DNA of 40,992 nucleotides, taken from assembly GCA_044356455.1 (NCBI GenBank), contig JBIKWF010000033.1, positions 1-40,992 on the forward strand, read 5' to 3'. Origin of the DNA: Bdellovibrionota bacterium (GTDB taxonomy: Bacteria; Bdellovibrionota_C; UBA2361; JBGSMV01). The notes under the pieces are model-generated. The model did not search any database and was not told where the DNA came from. It saw only the letters and a list, made by a program, of their open reading frames with translations. Position numbers and translations under genes: made by a program. Of this stretch, positions 26,311-35,675 are shown piece after piece (the stretch's first letter is position 1; each line of letters opens with the position of its first letter).

Positions 26311-28745
26311 AATCGAACTGCTTTGTGGGCCTCTGAAAGAACATTAAGATCTTGGGTCGTGCTGTCTTTTAGGATGATGCGATGTTTTTGGCCGTTTTTC
26401 TCTTCGGTGCTGATGATGCCGCGCTCGGAAAGTACGTCAAGGGCTGACTGGAGAGAGGAGAGGGCGGCGGCTTCGGTGCGGTGCACGGCGCCTACGTAGC
26501 GCGCGGCTCTAAAGTCGGCATGCAGCGCTTTGATAAAACTTGCGTACAAGAACGACTTCTCGCCCGTTTCTGTGCGTTCGGTGACTTGGGTTTCGGTGTG
26601 GTGCAGGAGGTTCTGCCAAACCCAAAGAATACTTTCTATGGGGCCTGATAACATGGAGGGTATAAAGAGCCCGCGCGCGCGTTTGGTAAATCGTAAGTTC
26701 GGTGTTGAATCTGGGACAGATGGGTTTGCGCTACGGGTAAGGATTCCCTCGGATACGAAGAGTTCAATCAGCGCGTCAACTCCTTGAGCAAATACTTCTT
26801 CTTTGGGGAGCAGGAGATCTTGGGCAAAGTAGCGGTGCAAAAAGAGGGTGTTTTGTCCTGAGAGTTCTTTTCCCATGAGCTCTAATATGGCAAGGGCGCT
26901 TACGGGGAAAAATAAGTGCAGGAGGGTGTTGCGATAAAAGTCGGCGGTGAAGCGCCGCTTGCCGGGAATAAAAAATACTTCTTCGGCCAAGCAGCGATCG
27001 ACTTCCACTATCCCTTCGCGGGGAAGGTCATTGAGGATTGCGTCTCGTCCTTCCACAAATCTCTGCAGAGAGGGGGTGAATTCTCCTACGCAGTGGGGGC
27101 CCTTACGCATGGCGCTAAGAAGGGACGCGAGATTGCGGACGGATTCCGCAAGGACACTGCGCGGGAGTCCGTAGTAGGGCGCCATCATGAGGGAGGAGTA
27201 GGCTAAGTTGGTGAGGCTTGGGCTGATGTGGTTTCGGATTCCCCGCACGAGGGTGAGGCCAAGTTCTTGGACGGAGGTTCGCTCTTCACTTCGGCCATTG
27301 GTGGGGGTGCTCTTTGCTTCAGCGCTAGGGCTACGTTCCCCAAGAAACTTAGAAACGGGTAGGGGATCTCCAAAGTTAATTATTACTTCTCCGTACTTCT
27401 TCTTAAAGATATCAAGCGCATGAAATAAGGAGACGAGGTTTTCTTTGGTCTTTGAGCGGCCGGTGTTCTCGGTCCCAAATTCTTGGTCTTCGATTACTTG
27501 CTCATACGAAATAGAAACCGGAATAAATAAGATGTCTTTGCGAATCCCCTTACGGTAGGCCTCAAACAAGACGCTAAGCAGGCCCATCTTGGGCCGCATC
27601 ATTTTTCCGCTGCGGCTTCGACCTCCCTCAATAAAGAACATTTGCGAGTGCCCGCGCTGCATGAGGTAGGTTACGTAACGTCTTAGGACGAGCATGTGCA
27701 GGCGGTCGCGCGCGTTGCGCTTCACAAAAAAAGCGCCCACGCTACGCGTGATAGTTCCGACAGGCCAAAAGTTGAGGTTCATGCCGGCGGCGACAAGGGG
27801 CGGATTCACGGCTGCTTCGTAGAGCTTGTATTGGACAAGAATATAATCGAGGTGACTGCGGTGCATGGGGACGAGCACCACGGGATGGTCCTTGATTGAT
27901 TCTTTAAGCTGCTCGAGGCCGCGTGTGGAGACGCTTGTAAAGAGGCGCGTTGAGATTTGGCGCGCAACAAAAGCCAACACGGAGTACATGACGCGGCGCT
28001 GATGGGCGGCGAGTTCATAAAAAGAGCTGTGTGCGCGGCGGCGCATGCGGCTCACCGTTTCGCCTGCGCGCTCGGCAAGAACGCGAACTTCACGCTCAAA
28101 CTCTGCGCCGGAAAGAATGGTGCGGGCTTGTTCTTCAATCGGCTGCAAGGGGACGCCGCGCACTACTTTTAAATTGCGATTAAAGTCGAGTTTTAAGAGG
28201 CGGCGAAGGCGCGCGACGCCTTTCATGCCGTGACCGTGGCGGCGGGCGTCTGAGACGTGAATGTTTGATCCGATGATGACGGTAAGCAGCCGACGCGAAA
28301 GAAGCATTCCAAGCACCCATCCCGCGCCCGGTCTGTGGCGCGGCAGGGCTTTTACTGGGCCACGAAGTTGAAAGACGTTGAGGGTTGTGAGGTTTACTTC
28401 TTCTGATTCTTCAATCAGGCGTAGGAGCGCCTCTTGGTCCTGAAGCGAGGTCCAGCGCAGGACCGAGCGCGTCGGGGCTGGGGCGACTTCCGGGGAACTT
28501 GGGGCGCTTGATGCGGTAGGAGCTTTCGCTCCGTGAATACGCTCGAGGCCGCTTAAGCCGGTGGCGCGCGCGAGAGCGAGCAATAGTCCTTCCCAGGCTG
28601 CGGAATGGTCGGGGGCTACAAGGATAGGCTGAGAGGCGCCCATCTTCGAGCGGCTAAGCAGCGTCGATTCGAGGGACGGGGGGTAGGGCACCTTTCTAAA
28701 GTACCAGGCGAACCATTCAACGATGAGAGGCCTAAGGAATGTCAT
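26292..28745 (-). CDS. plsB: Glycerol-3-phosphate O-acyltransferase (PlsB-like)
   Basis: HRSHLDY, AAGMNL, GAFFVKR, FFIEGGRSRSGK, IPVSISYE and FYRN. Confidence 0.82.
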   Translation of the reverse strand: MTFLRPLIVEWFAWYFRKVPYPPSLESTLLSRSKMGASQPILVAPDHSAAWEGLLLALARATGLSGLERIHGAKAPTASSAPSSPEVAPAPTRSVLRWTSLQDQEALLRLIEESEEVNLTTLNVFQLRGPVKALPRHRPGAGWVLGMLLSRRLLTVIIGSNIHVSDARRHGHGMKGVARLRRLLKLDFNRNLKVVRGVPLQPIEEQARTILSGAEFEREVRVLAERAGETVSRMRRRAHSSFYELAAHQRRVMYSVLAFVARQISTRLFTSVSTRGLEQLKESIKDHPVVLVPMHRSHLDYILVQYKLYEAAVNPPLVAAGMNLNFWPVGTITRSVGAFFVKRNARDRLHMLVLRRYVTYLMQRGHSQMFFIEGGRSRSGKMMRPKMGLLSVLFEAYRKGIRKDILFIPVSISYEQVIEDQEFGTENTGRSKTKENLVSLFHALDIFKKKYGEVIINFGDPLPVSKFLGERSPSAEAKSTPTNGRSEERTSVQELGLTLVRGIRNHISPSLTNLAYSSLMMAPYYGLPRSVLAESVRNLASLLSAMRKGPHCVGEFTPSLQRFVEGRDAILNDLPREGIVEVDRCLAEEVFFIPGKRRFTADFYRNTLLHLFFPVSALAILELMGKELSGQNTLFLHRYFAQDLLLPKEEVFAQGVDALIELFVSEGILTRSANPSVPDSTPNLRFTKRARGLFIPSMLSGPIESILWVWQNLLHHTETQVTERTETGEKSFLYASFIKALHADFRAARYVGAVHRTEAAALSSLQSALDVLSERGIISTEEKNGQKHRIILKDSTTQDLNVLSEAHKAVRLWESGL

Positions 28746-28827
28746 AAAGATCTTGGGTGCTGATGGTCGGGGAATGAGAGGCGCCTGTCAAATTGAAAAC
28801 AGTCAAATAATCTCGAGGCTTGGGAGC

Positions 28828-29466
28828 TCACTGGGGAAGATTTGAGAAGGGGCTGGAGGCTCTTGGCCTTGACCTTAGAGAGGTAGCAGTGCCAAGGGCG
28901 ACCTGGGTGAGGGCCTCCTCGAGGGCTTTTGAGAGCGCTTGTTCAAGTTCAGCCGCAAATCCATAGCGGCGTAGTTCGGATTCGCGCGCACTAAAGGGCA
29001 TCTCCCAAAGGGGCTCTCCCGAAGCTGCAAACAGGGTTGCCCGGCCCTCGAGGCTGGCAGCTACTTTTCGGGTGAAGATAAAATCATAGGCGGAGAGGCT
29101 AAGCGAAGTAACTTTTAGGTGGAGGCGCGGCAGGGCTCCAAATACATGCGATTTGCTCGTTATTGGCTTTAGTCCTTGAAGGACTAGTCGCTGGTACATG
29201 CTGTTAGAAATGGTTTCAGATGCTGACGGGAGGTAGACCGAGCCAAAAGGAATCGCGACAAAAAGATATTGATGGCCAACGAGGCCGGTGGCTTGGTCTG
29301 ATGCGGAGCCTTCTTCTAAGGAGACTTCAAGAAGAATTGGGGCTTGGTTTCCTGCGGCGAGCTCAAAGATATCCTTTGAAATACTAGTTCGGGGCAGGGC
29401 GGTTGATGAGCATGCACTTAGAAAGAGCAGAGCAGATAGGAGAAGGAGCTTGGCGGAAAGCTTCAT
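28828..29466 (-). CDS. Hypothetical lipoprotein
   Basis: MKLSAKLLLLSALLFLSAC lipobox starting at ATG 29466. Confidence 0.8.
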   Translation of the reverse strand: MKLSAKLLLLSALLFLSACSSTALPRTSISKDIFELAAGNQAPILLEVSLEEGSASDQATGLVGHQYLFVAIPFGSVYLPSASETISNSMYQRLVLQGLKPITSKSHVFGALPRLHLKVTSLSLSAYDFIFTRKVAASLEGRATLFAASGEPLWEMPFSARESELRRYGFAAELEQALSKALEEALTQVALGTATSLRSRPRASSPFSNLPQ

Positions 29467-29815
29467 AACGTAGTTTTTGTGAGTAGTAAGGGCGTGCAGG
29501 CTTGGTAAATGCATAGGAATATCATGGCTTTATAGCTTCAGGGGCCTGCGCCCTTCGTCCTAGGCTTCTAGGAGCCTAATAACTAAGGCAAAAAAAGCTC
29601 GAATGAACCGATAGTAAGGAGGGCTAGGGGTTTCGCAAGCACTAGTTCTTAAGAAATAGAGAGGGTTTCGCGAGCATAAATTGTCATAGCTTCGGGAACA
29701 GCCCGTTGCCGAGTTGTCTTGCTGGCCCCATAAGGTTGGTGCAGGAAAGATAAGTTCGCAGTGGGATTTCTAAATAGAGAAGTTTCTGAGGTCCGAGAAG
29801 GAAAAAACTAGATTC

Positions 29816-31327
29816 ATGGCACGTCCACCTTCAAAATTTTCAAGCGAGGGGAGTTCTCTCGACTTGGGGCTTTCGGCCCTGCTTGAGAGCTCGAAGGAAC
29901 AGCCACGCGTTTCTACTCCCGCGGAGCCCCCGGAAAAGGTTCAAGAGGCTACGAGTCCCAAGGTTGAGGAGGAGCCTCTTTCAGAGTTCGAAGTTTTTGC
30001 GAATGCGGGCGATTGGAGAGCGCTTGGTCAGCGCTGTGATAAGCTTCTTCCTCCCCAGGTCTCGGCCGATGAGCGTCTCGAACTGCTCGAAACGAGATTC
30101 TGGTGGGCACGGAGCCAGCAGCGCCTTGCGGCGGTGCCTTTGTCGCTTCTGGCTTCTCCCTTAGAAGATCTTGCGAGAAAACTTCTGCAAGCTCTTGAAG
30201 TGGTCGCCAAGCCCGTGCCGGGAACGAGGCTTTATAGATTGAAGGCAGAAGCGGCGGTAACCCTGGGAGAGGTTGCCAAGGAGCTTGCAAAACAGGGAGA
30301 GAAAGAACTCGGAGCTCGACTTGAGCAACTAAAGGCTGCCTTTGAAGGCAGGGAGGGGGATCTCGTCCCTAAGGAGCCTTCACCCCCACAGCTTCCGGAA
30401 TCTTCTCAAGCTCGGACTGCCGAAGTGCCCGAAGTTCAAGAGCGGCGCGCAGCAAAGCGCGGGATGGACTCGCGAGAGCGCCTGCGCTCGGGGTTTGAGC
30501 CTGCCGCGCAAGACTCTCGAGAGTCTGCCTCTGCTCCTTCTACGTCTCGGCGCTTTGTTTTTTGGGCTTTGGCCGGAGTCGCACTCGCGTGTTTTCTTTT
30601 GCTTCGAGCGCCGGGAGAAGAGGGGGCGAGTAGTCAGTCTCTCGGGCAATCATTCTTCGGAGGAGCATTTTTCGGTGGGGGCGAGGTAGGTGCGCGTTCC
30701 TCATTGCCGCTTCGAGATGGGATTTCTCCCCCCGAGCTACGTGCGCCGGAAGCGAAGCTGGTTTCAGGGGTGAATCAGCTCGATTCTATCCTTGAGGACA
30801 TAAAAAACGATCGCTCTCAGCTTGCCGATTTGAAGACTCGGCCCCCTGGACCGGGAACCCAATCGGTTGCAGCGCAAGTTCCTCCCGCTCAGGTTTCAGC
30901 CCCTCAGGCTCCGCTAGCGTCGGCGGCGAGTTCTGAAGGCAGGCTTGGCACAAACGGAAAAGAAAAGATTGATATGAGTGGGCCCAGGGAGCCTGCTAAT
31001 TTTCCGCGGGGTGAAGAGAGCTCTCGGAGGCGAGATGAGCGCGGAGGTTCGCCAGGGTCCCCGCAGAGGGCTGAAGATACTCGGCGCAGTTCGCCTGGAA
31101 CCGCGGAGCGCCCAGGGTTTGAGGACTTCAGGAAGCCAAGGACGTACCGCACCCTGATTGAAACAGACGTCATGTCTGACCCCACTATTCGTGGGCGGGT
31201 TCTTGATACCCTGCCTGCTCGGGTAGAGGTTCTTGTGGAGGGCCGAGAGGGGTACTGGCTAAGGGTTCGCTCTCAAAAGGGCAATGTGGGGTATATTTTA
31301 GCTCAGGACGCGCAAAGACAGGATTGA
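29816..31327 (+). CDS. Single-pass membrane protein with a C-terminal bacterial SH3 domain
   Basis: Central TM helix (RRFVFWALAGVALACFLLL), low-complexity linker and C-terminal VEVLVEGREGYWLRVRSQKGNVGYI. Confidence 0.8.
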   Translation: MARPPSKFSSEGSSLDLGLSALLESSKEQPRVSTPAEPPEKVQEATSPKVEEEPLSEFEVFANAGDWRALGQRCDKLLPPQVSADERLELLETRFWWARSQQRLAAVPLSLLASPLEDLARKLLQALEVVAKPVPGTRLYRLKAEAAVTLGEVAKELAKQGEKELGARLEQLKAAFEGREGDLVPKEPSPPQLPESSQARTAEVPEVQERRAAKRGMDSRERLRSGFEPAAQDSRESASAPSTSRRFVFWALAGVALACFLLLRAPGEEGASSQSLGQSFFGGAFFGGGEVGARSSLPLRDGISPPELRAPEAKLVSGVNQLDSILEDIKNDRSQLADLKTRPPGPGTQSVAAQVPPAQVSAPQAPLASAASSEGRLGTNGKEKIDMSGPREPANFPRGEESSRRRDERGGSPGSPQRAEDTRRSSPGTAERPGFEDFRKPRTYRTLIETDVMSDPTIRGRVLDTLPARVEVLVEGREGYWLRVRSQKGNVGYILAQDAQRQD

Positions 31328-31442
31328 GGCTTGGGAGGGGGCGTGGGGGCCCACTTGCGGCCTTGAAATGATTTAGGAAATCCTCTCTTTTTCTAATGGC
31401 AAAGCCACTTTTCCTTTGGGGTAAGGCCTTGCCCGCAAAACC

Positions 31443-31471
31443 TTGCACGCGCCCCCAAATACGTGTAGTTT
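31443..31471 (+). promoter_or_regulatory. Candidate sigma70 promoter for rpoZ-spoT
   Basis: TTGCAC, a 17-bp spacer, then TAGTTT, 32 nt upstream of the ATG. Confidence 0.45.
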
Positions 31472-31503
31472 CGAGTGCTTAAATTAATCTTTCGTGGTTT
31501 CGT

Positions 31504-32136
31504 ATGGCCCGCATCACAGTTGAAGATTGTCTTACTAAAGAAACAAATCGTTTCGCCCTTATTCATCTTTCCTCGAAGCGCACCAAGCAGCTTCTGCAGG
31601 GCGCAAGCGTTGTGCTCGGTGAGGCTTGCGATAATAAGCCTGTGGTTACCTCTCTTAGAGAAATTGCCGAGGGCAAAGTTCGCTTCATGACCCAAGAAGA
31701 GATGGATCGTCTCAGAGAGCTTGGTCTTGAAGAGCAAGTTCCTGGTCTCGAAGAGGCTGCGCTCCAGCGTGCGGCGGCCGAGAGAGCGGCGAAGCTTGCG
31801 GCAGCGCAAGAGCAAGCGGCTGCTGAGAAGGCGTTGGCCGAAGAGGCTGATGTGGAAGATGAGAAGCCTTCCCGCAATGGCAACAGTGAGAATGGTCACC
31901 ATGCTACTGATGCGGTTTCCCCCGAGGAGCTTGCTGAAATTGCTGATGACCTCGTTGACGACGAGGATGATGAGGATGAAGTCATTCCTGCTGCAGCTGC
32001 CGAAGAAGGCGCAGCGGATGCGGCTGATTCCGAAGGGGCCGGCGGAGATGAAGGCTCTGAGGATGATGACTCTGAGGACGAAGAGTCCGCTGAAGATGCT
32101 GACAAGAAGACTCCTGGTGGAGAAGAGAATTTTTAA
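31504..32136 (+). CDS. rpoZ: RNA polymerase omega subunit with a long acidic C-terminal extension
   Basis: MARITVEDCL...NRFALI...KRTKQL...NKPVVTSLREIAEG; located directly upstream of relA/spoT. Confidence 0.95.
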   Translation: MARITVEDCLTKETNRFALIHLSSKRTKQLLQGASVVLGEACDNKPVVTSLREIAEGKVRFMTQEEMDRLRELGLEEQVPGLEEAALQRAAAERAAKLAAAQEQAAAEKALAEEADVEDEKPSRNGNSENGHHATDAVSPEELAEIADDLVDDEDDEDEVIPAAAAEEGAADAADSEGAGGDEGSEDDDSEDEESAEDADKKTPGGEENF

Positions 32137-32272
32137 CTGAAATCTCCGTGGCAGCTTGGCGCTCGCTCAGGCGCGAGCTGCTTTAGAGAGGTTTTTGCTT
32201 GTTGGGCTATTTAGGTGGGGCTGCGAAAGTACATGCCAGCCCCTCTCTCCTTAAATCCATGGTGGGCACTGC

Positions 32273-34468
32273 ATGCAGCAGTTTGAGGCCCTAGCGAGTG
32301 CCGTTCAAAAGTATCACCCCAGCCCCGACCTGGACCTACTGCGCCGCGCCTTTGAGTTCTCCTTTGCAAAACATCGCGGACAGGTAAGAGCTTCTGGGGA
32401 GCCTTACTTCACGCATCTTTTCGAAACCGCGCTTTTAGCCTGTGAGCTTAAGCTTGATGTGCCGTCAGTTGCCGCGGCTCTTTTGCACGACACGATAGAG
32501 GATTGCCACGTTACCCGTGAAGATATCGCGGACGAATTTGGTGATGAAATTGCTGATATCGTCGAAGGCGTCTCAAAACTTACGCGCATCGAGTTTGATT
32601 CCAAGGAGGAGAAACAGGCCGAGAGCTTTCGAAAAATGCTCATCGCGATGGCAAAGGACATTCGCGTTGTGCTCGTCAAGCTCTGCGACCGTCTGCACAA
32701 CATGCGTACGCTGCATCATCTTGCAGACGAGAAGCGCCGGCGAATCGCGCATGAGACCAAAGATATTTACGCGCCCCTTGCGAATCGACTTGGTATTCAT
32801 TGGCTCAAGTCAGAGCTCGAAGATCTTTGTTTGCTCTATATTCGGCCCGAAATTTACGAGCTCCTTAAGGGAAAATTCGACCTCACTGCCAAGGAGCGTG
32901 ATGGATTCATTGAAGAGACCTGCCGAGAGATTCAGCGCAATCTCGAACAGAATGGAGTCTCCGCGTCGGTAAAGGGCCGCTCAAAACACTTCTATTCCAT
33001 TTGGCAGAAAATGGAGCGCAACAACCTCTCGTATGAGGAAGTGCATGACGTGCTCGGCTTTCGCGTCATCGTTCCGACGGTTCGTGCGTGTTACGAATCT
33101 CTCGGGATTTTACATTCGACTTTCAAACCAGTCCCCGGGCGCTTTAAAGATTATATCGCGATGCCCAAGCCCAATATGTATCAGTCGCTGCATACGACAG
33201 TGATTGGTACGAACGGGCATCGCATCGAGATTCAAATTCGAACTCCCGAAATGAATAAAGTTGCTGACGAAGGTATCGCGGCACACTGGCGCTATAAGGA
33301 GCAAGACACAGAGACTCCGGGGTTCGACCTGCAGTGGGTAAAGGAGCTTGTAGAAACACAGCAGTATCTTCGTAATCCCGATGAGTTTATTCAGTCGGTA
33401 AAAGGCGATCTTTTCCCTGAAGAAGTGTTTGTCTTTACGCCTAAGGGAGATCTCGTACGCCTGACGTTTGCCTCAACGCCAGTGGACTTCGCGTATGCCG
33501 TGCACACGGATGTCGGTCATCGCACGACGGGAGCGCGCGTTAATGGGCTTATGGTGCCTCTAAGCCATCGTCTTCGAAACGGCGATACGGTTGAAGTTCT
33601 TACTTCCAAAACCCATGTCCCCAGCAAGGACTGGCTCAAATTTGTAAATACCTCGAAAGCCAAGCAGCGCATCCGGGCTTTTTTGAAGTCAGAGGAGCGT
33701 GCGCGCTCGCTTGCTATTGGACTAGACCTTCTCAGCAAGGACTTGCGCAAGGTTAAGCTCAGTCTCAAGAGGCTTGAGCAGGAGGGGAAGATTTTGACGC
33801 TGGCCCAAGAGATGGGGCTTAAGAGCGAGGGCGATCTCTACGCAGAGCTTGGCTATGGGAAAATATCTTCGGCGAAAGTACTTGCCAAGCTACTCCCCGA
33901 GGGCATGATTCTTGACGAGAAGACACCCGTTGCTCCTTCTCCCCTTGAGCGAATCTTTCAACGCGCGGCAAAGGCTTCTCGTAATAAAGTCGGGGTTAAG
34001 GTTGGCGGCTTTGACGATATTCTCGTCAGGTTCGCGCGCTGTTGTGAGCCGCTGCCCGGGGACCGCATCGTGGGATTCATCACGCGGGGCCGAGGAGTTG
34101 CGGTGCATCAAGCTGACTGCGCACAGGTGCTGCAGTCCGACGCCGCACGCCGCGTAGAAGTAGTCTGGGACAACGAAGTAAAGGCGCCGCGGCGTGTGCG
34201 CATTACGGTGCATTCTCAAGATCAGATTGGCCTGCTCGCGAATGTGACCAAGGCGATAACAGAGAACGGCGCCAACATTAATTCGGCGCAAATTAAGACT
34301 ACGGCCTACGGCAAAGCGGTTAATACTTTTGAGCTTACCATTGAAGATGCTCGCCAACTCGACCGTATTAAGCGCGGTATTGAGATGGTGCCAGGCGTCA
34401 TTAAAGTAGAACGTGTGCACCATATCTCAAGCGGAGCAGAGGAGGACGGTGATGAAACGCCTGCGTAG
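32273..34468 (+). CDS. spoT: Bifunctional (p)ppGpp synthetase/hydrolase (RelA/SpoT)
   Basis: RASGEPY, LLHDTIED (intact hydrolase motif), DRLHNMRTL, RFKDYIA, YQSLHT, EIQIRT, TGS domain, CC motif and ACT domain. Confidence 0.96.
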   Translation: MQQFEALASAVQKYHPSPDLDLLRRAFEFSFAKHRGQVRASGEPYFTHLFETALLACELKLDVPSVAAALLHDTIEDCHVTREDIADEFGDEIADIVEGVSKLTRIEFDSKEEKQAESFRKMLIAMAKDIRVVLVKLCDRLHNMRTLHHLADEKRRRIAHETKDIYAPLANRLGIHWLKSELEDLCLLYIRPEIYELLKGKFDLTAKERDGFIEETCREIQRNLEQNGVSASVKGRSKHFYSIWQKMERNNLSYEEVHDVLGFRVIVPTVRACYESLGILHSTFKPVPGRFKDYIAMPKPNMYQSLHTTVIGTNGHRIEIQIRTPEMNKVADEGIAAHWRYKEQDTETPGFDLQWVKELVETQQYLRNPDEFIQSVKGDLFPEEVFVFTPKGDLVRLTFASTPVDFAYAVHTDVGHRTTGARVNGLMVPLSHRLRNGDTVEVLTSKTHVPSKDWLKFVNTSKAKQRIRAFLKSEERARSLAIGLDLLSKDLRKVKLSLKRLEQEGKILTLAQEMGLKSEGDLYAELGYGKISSAKVLAKLLPEGMILDEKTPVAPSPLERIFQRAAKASRNKVGVKVGGFDDILVRFARCCEPLPGDRIVGFITRGRGVAVHQADCAQVLQSDAARRVEVVWDNEVKAPRRVRITVHSQDQIGLLANVTKAITENGANINSAQIKTTAYGKAVNTFELTIEDARQLDRIKRGIEMVPGVIKVERVHHISSGAEEDGDETPA

Positions 34469-35660
34469 AACAATACTGGTCTTTTCGGTGGTGCTCCTTG
34501 CTCTTGTGGTACTGAGTTCGCGCTGGCACACCACAGACCAGACGAGCGGCGCAGGAGCAGACGATAGCATGCGCACGTCTTTGACTTTAGCGCCGCTGCC
34601 CTTTGCGCAGGCCCAGGAGGTTTTGGGGCAAGAGGCGCGCAGCGGAGCCGAGGGCTCGGCGGTTCCGCTTGCAAGGCGCTCCGAGGAAGAGGAACGCACG
34701 ATTCAGATCTACAAACGCGCAGAACAGGCGGTGGTGTTTATTACGACCATTACTCTTTCGGTGGACCCGTTTGAGCTTTTCCCTGAGGTGCAGCAGCGAG
34801 AGGGTAGTGGATCGGGCATTATCGTGGATGCGCAGCGTGGCATCGTTATTACCAATCTTCATGTGATTCAGGATGCACATAAGATTGAGATTTCCCTTGT
34901 GACTGGTCAGACCTTGCGCGCGAAACTGCTTGGCATGGACGAGGCGTTCGATGTGGCGGTGCTGCAGTTGATTGATCCTCCCCCCGGGCTTGTGAGCTTG
35001 CCCTTTGCTGATTCATACCGCATCGAGGTGGGGCAGCGCGTGCTCGCCATTGGGAACCCCTTCGGCCTCGATCGCACCCTTACGGCTGGCATTATTTCAA
35101 GCGTGAACCGCACGGTGAAAGGCGCCAAGGGGCGCCTCATGCGCGGCCTTGTTCAAACTGACGCTGCCATTAATCCAGGGAACTCGGGCGGACCGCTCCT
35201 TGATATGGAGGGGCGCCTGATTGGAATGAATAGCGCGATTCTAAGCCAATCGGGAGATTCTGCTGGTATCGGGTTTGCGGTTCCTATTAATCAGATTCGT
35301 AGAGTGCTCCCGGAGCTAATAGCTACGGGGAAGGTGCTTCGCCCCCAGGTGGGCTGGATTATTGTCGATACGACTCAAGGGCCCATGGTGCGAAGGGTGG
35401 TGGCAGGTAGCGCGGCGGAAGAAGCGGGGGTGCAGCCTATCGAGCGGTCTATACAAAATGGACCATTCCAAGGTTTTGTGCGTGACTTTCCGCGTGCCGA
35501 CCTCGTATACCGCATTAACGGGACCGTAGTCCGGAGTAGGGAAGAGATTGAAGAACTTGTCTCTCAGAGCTCGCGCGACAGGCCACTTGTGGTGACCTTG
35601 CGCCGCGGCGGTGTGACGGGTCCTGAGCGCGAGGTCAAGATTACTCCGCAGCTTGGTTAA
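34452..35660 (+). CDS. HtrA/DegP-like S1C serine protease with a PDZ domain
   Basis: GSGSG, TNLHV, DVAVL and QTDAAINPGNSGGPL; N-terminal signal/TM from ATG 34452 with RBS GGAGG. Confidence 0.95.
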   Translation: MKRLRRTILVFSVVLLALVVLSSRWHTTDQTSGAGADDSMRTSLTLAPLPFAQAQEVLGQEARSGAEGSAVPLARRSEEEERTIQIYKRAEQAVVFITTITLSVDPFELFPEVQQREGSGSGIIVDAQRGIVITNLHVIQDAHKIEISLVTGQTLRAKLLGMDEAFDVAVLQLIDPPPGLVSLPFADSYRIEVGQRVLAIGNPFGLDRTLTAGIISSVNRTVKGAKGRLMRGLVQTDAAINPGNSGGPLLDMEGRLIGMNSAILSQSGDSAGIGFAVPINQIRRVLPELIATGKVLRPQVGWIIVDTTQGPMVRRVVAGSAAEEAGVQPIERSIQNGPFQGFVRDFPRADLVYRINGTVVRSREEIEELVSQSSRDRPLVVTLRRGGVTGPEREVKITPQLG

Positions 35661-35675
35661 CGAAGAGAAGCAGCT

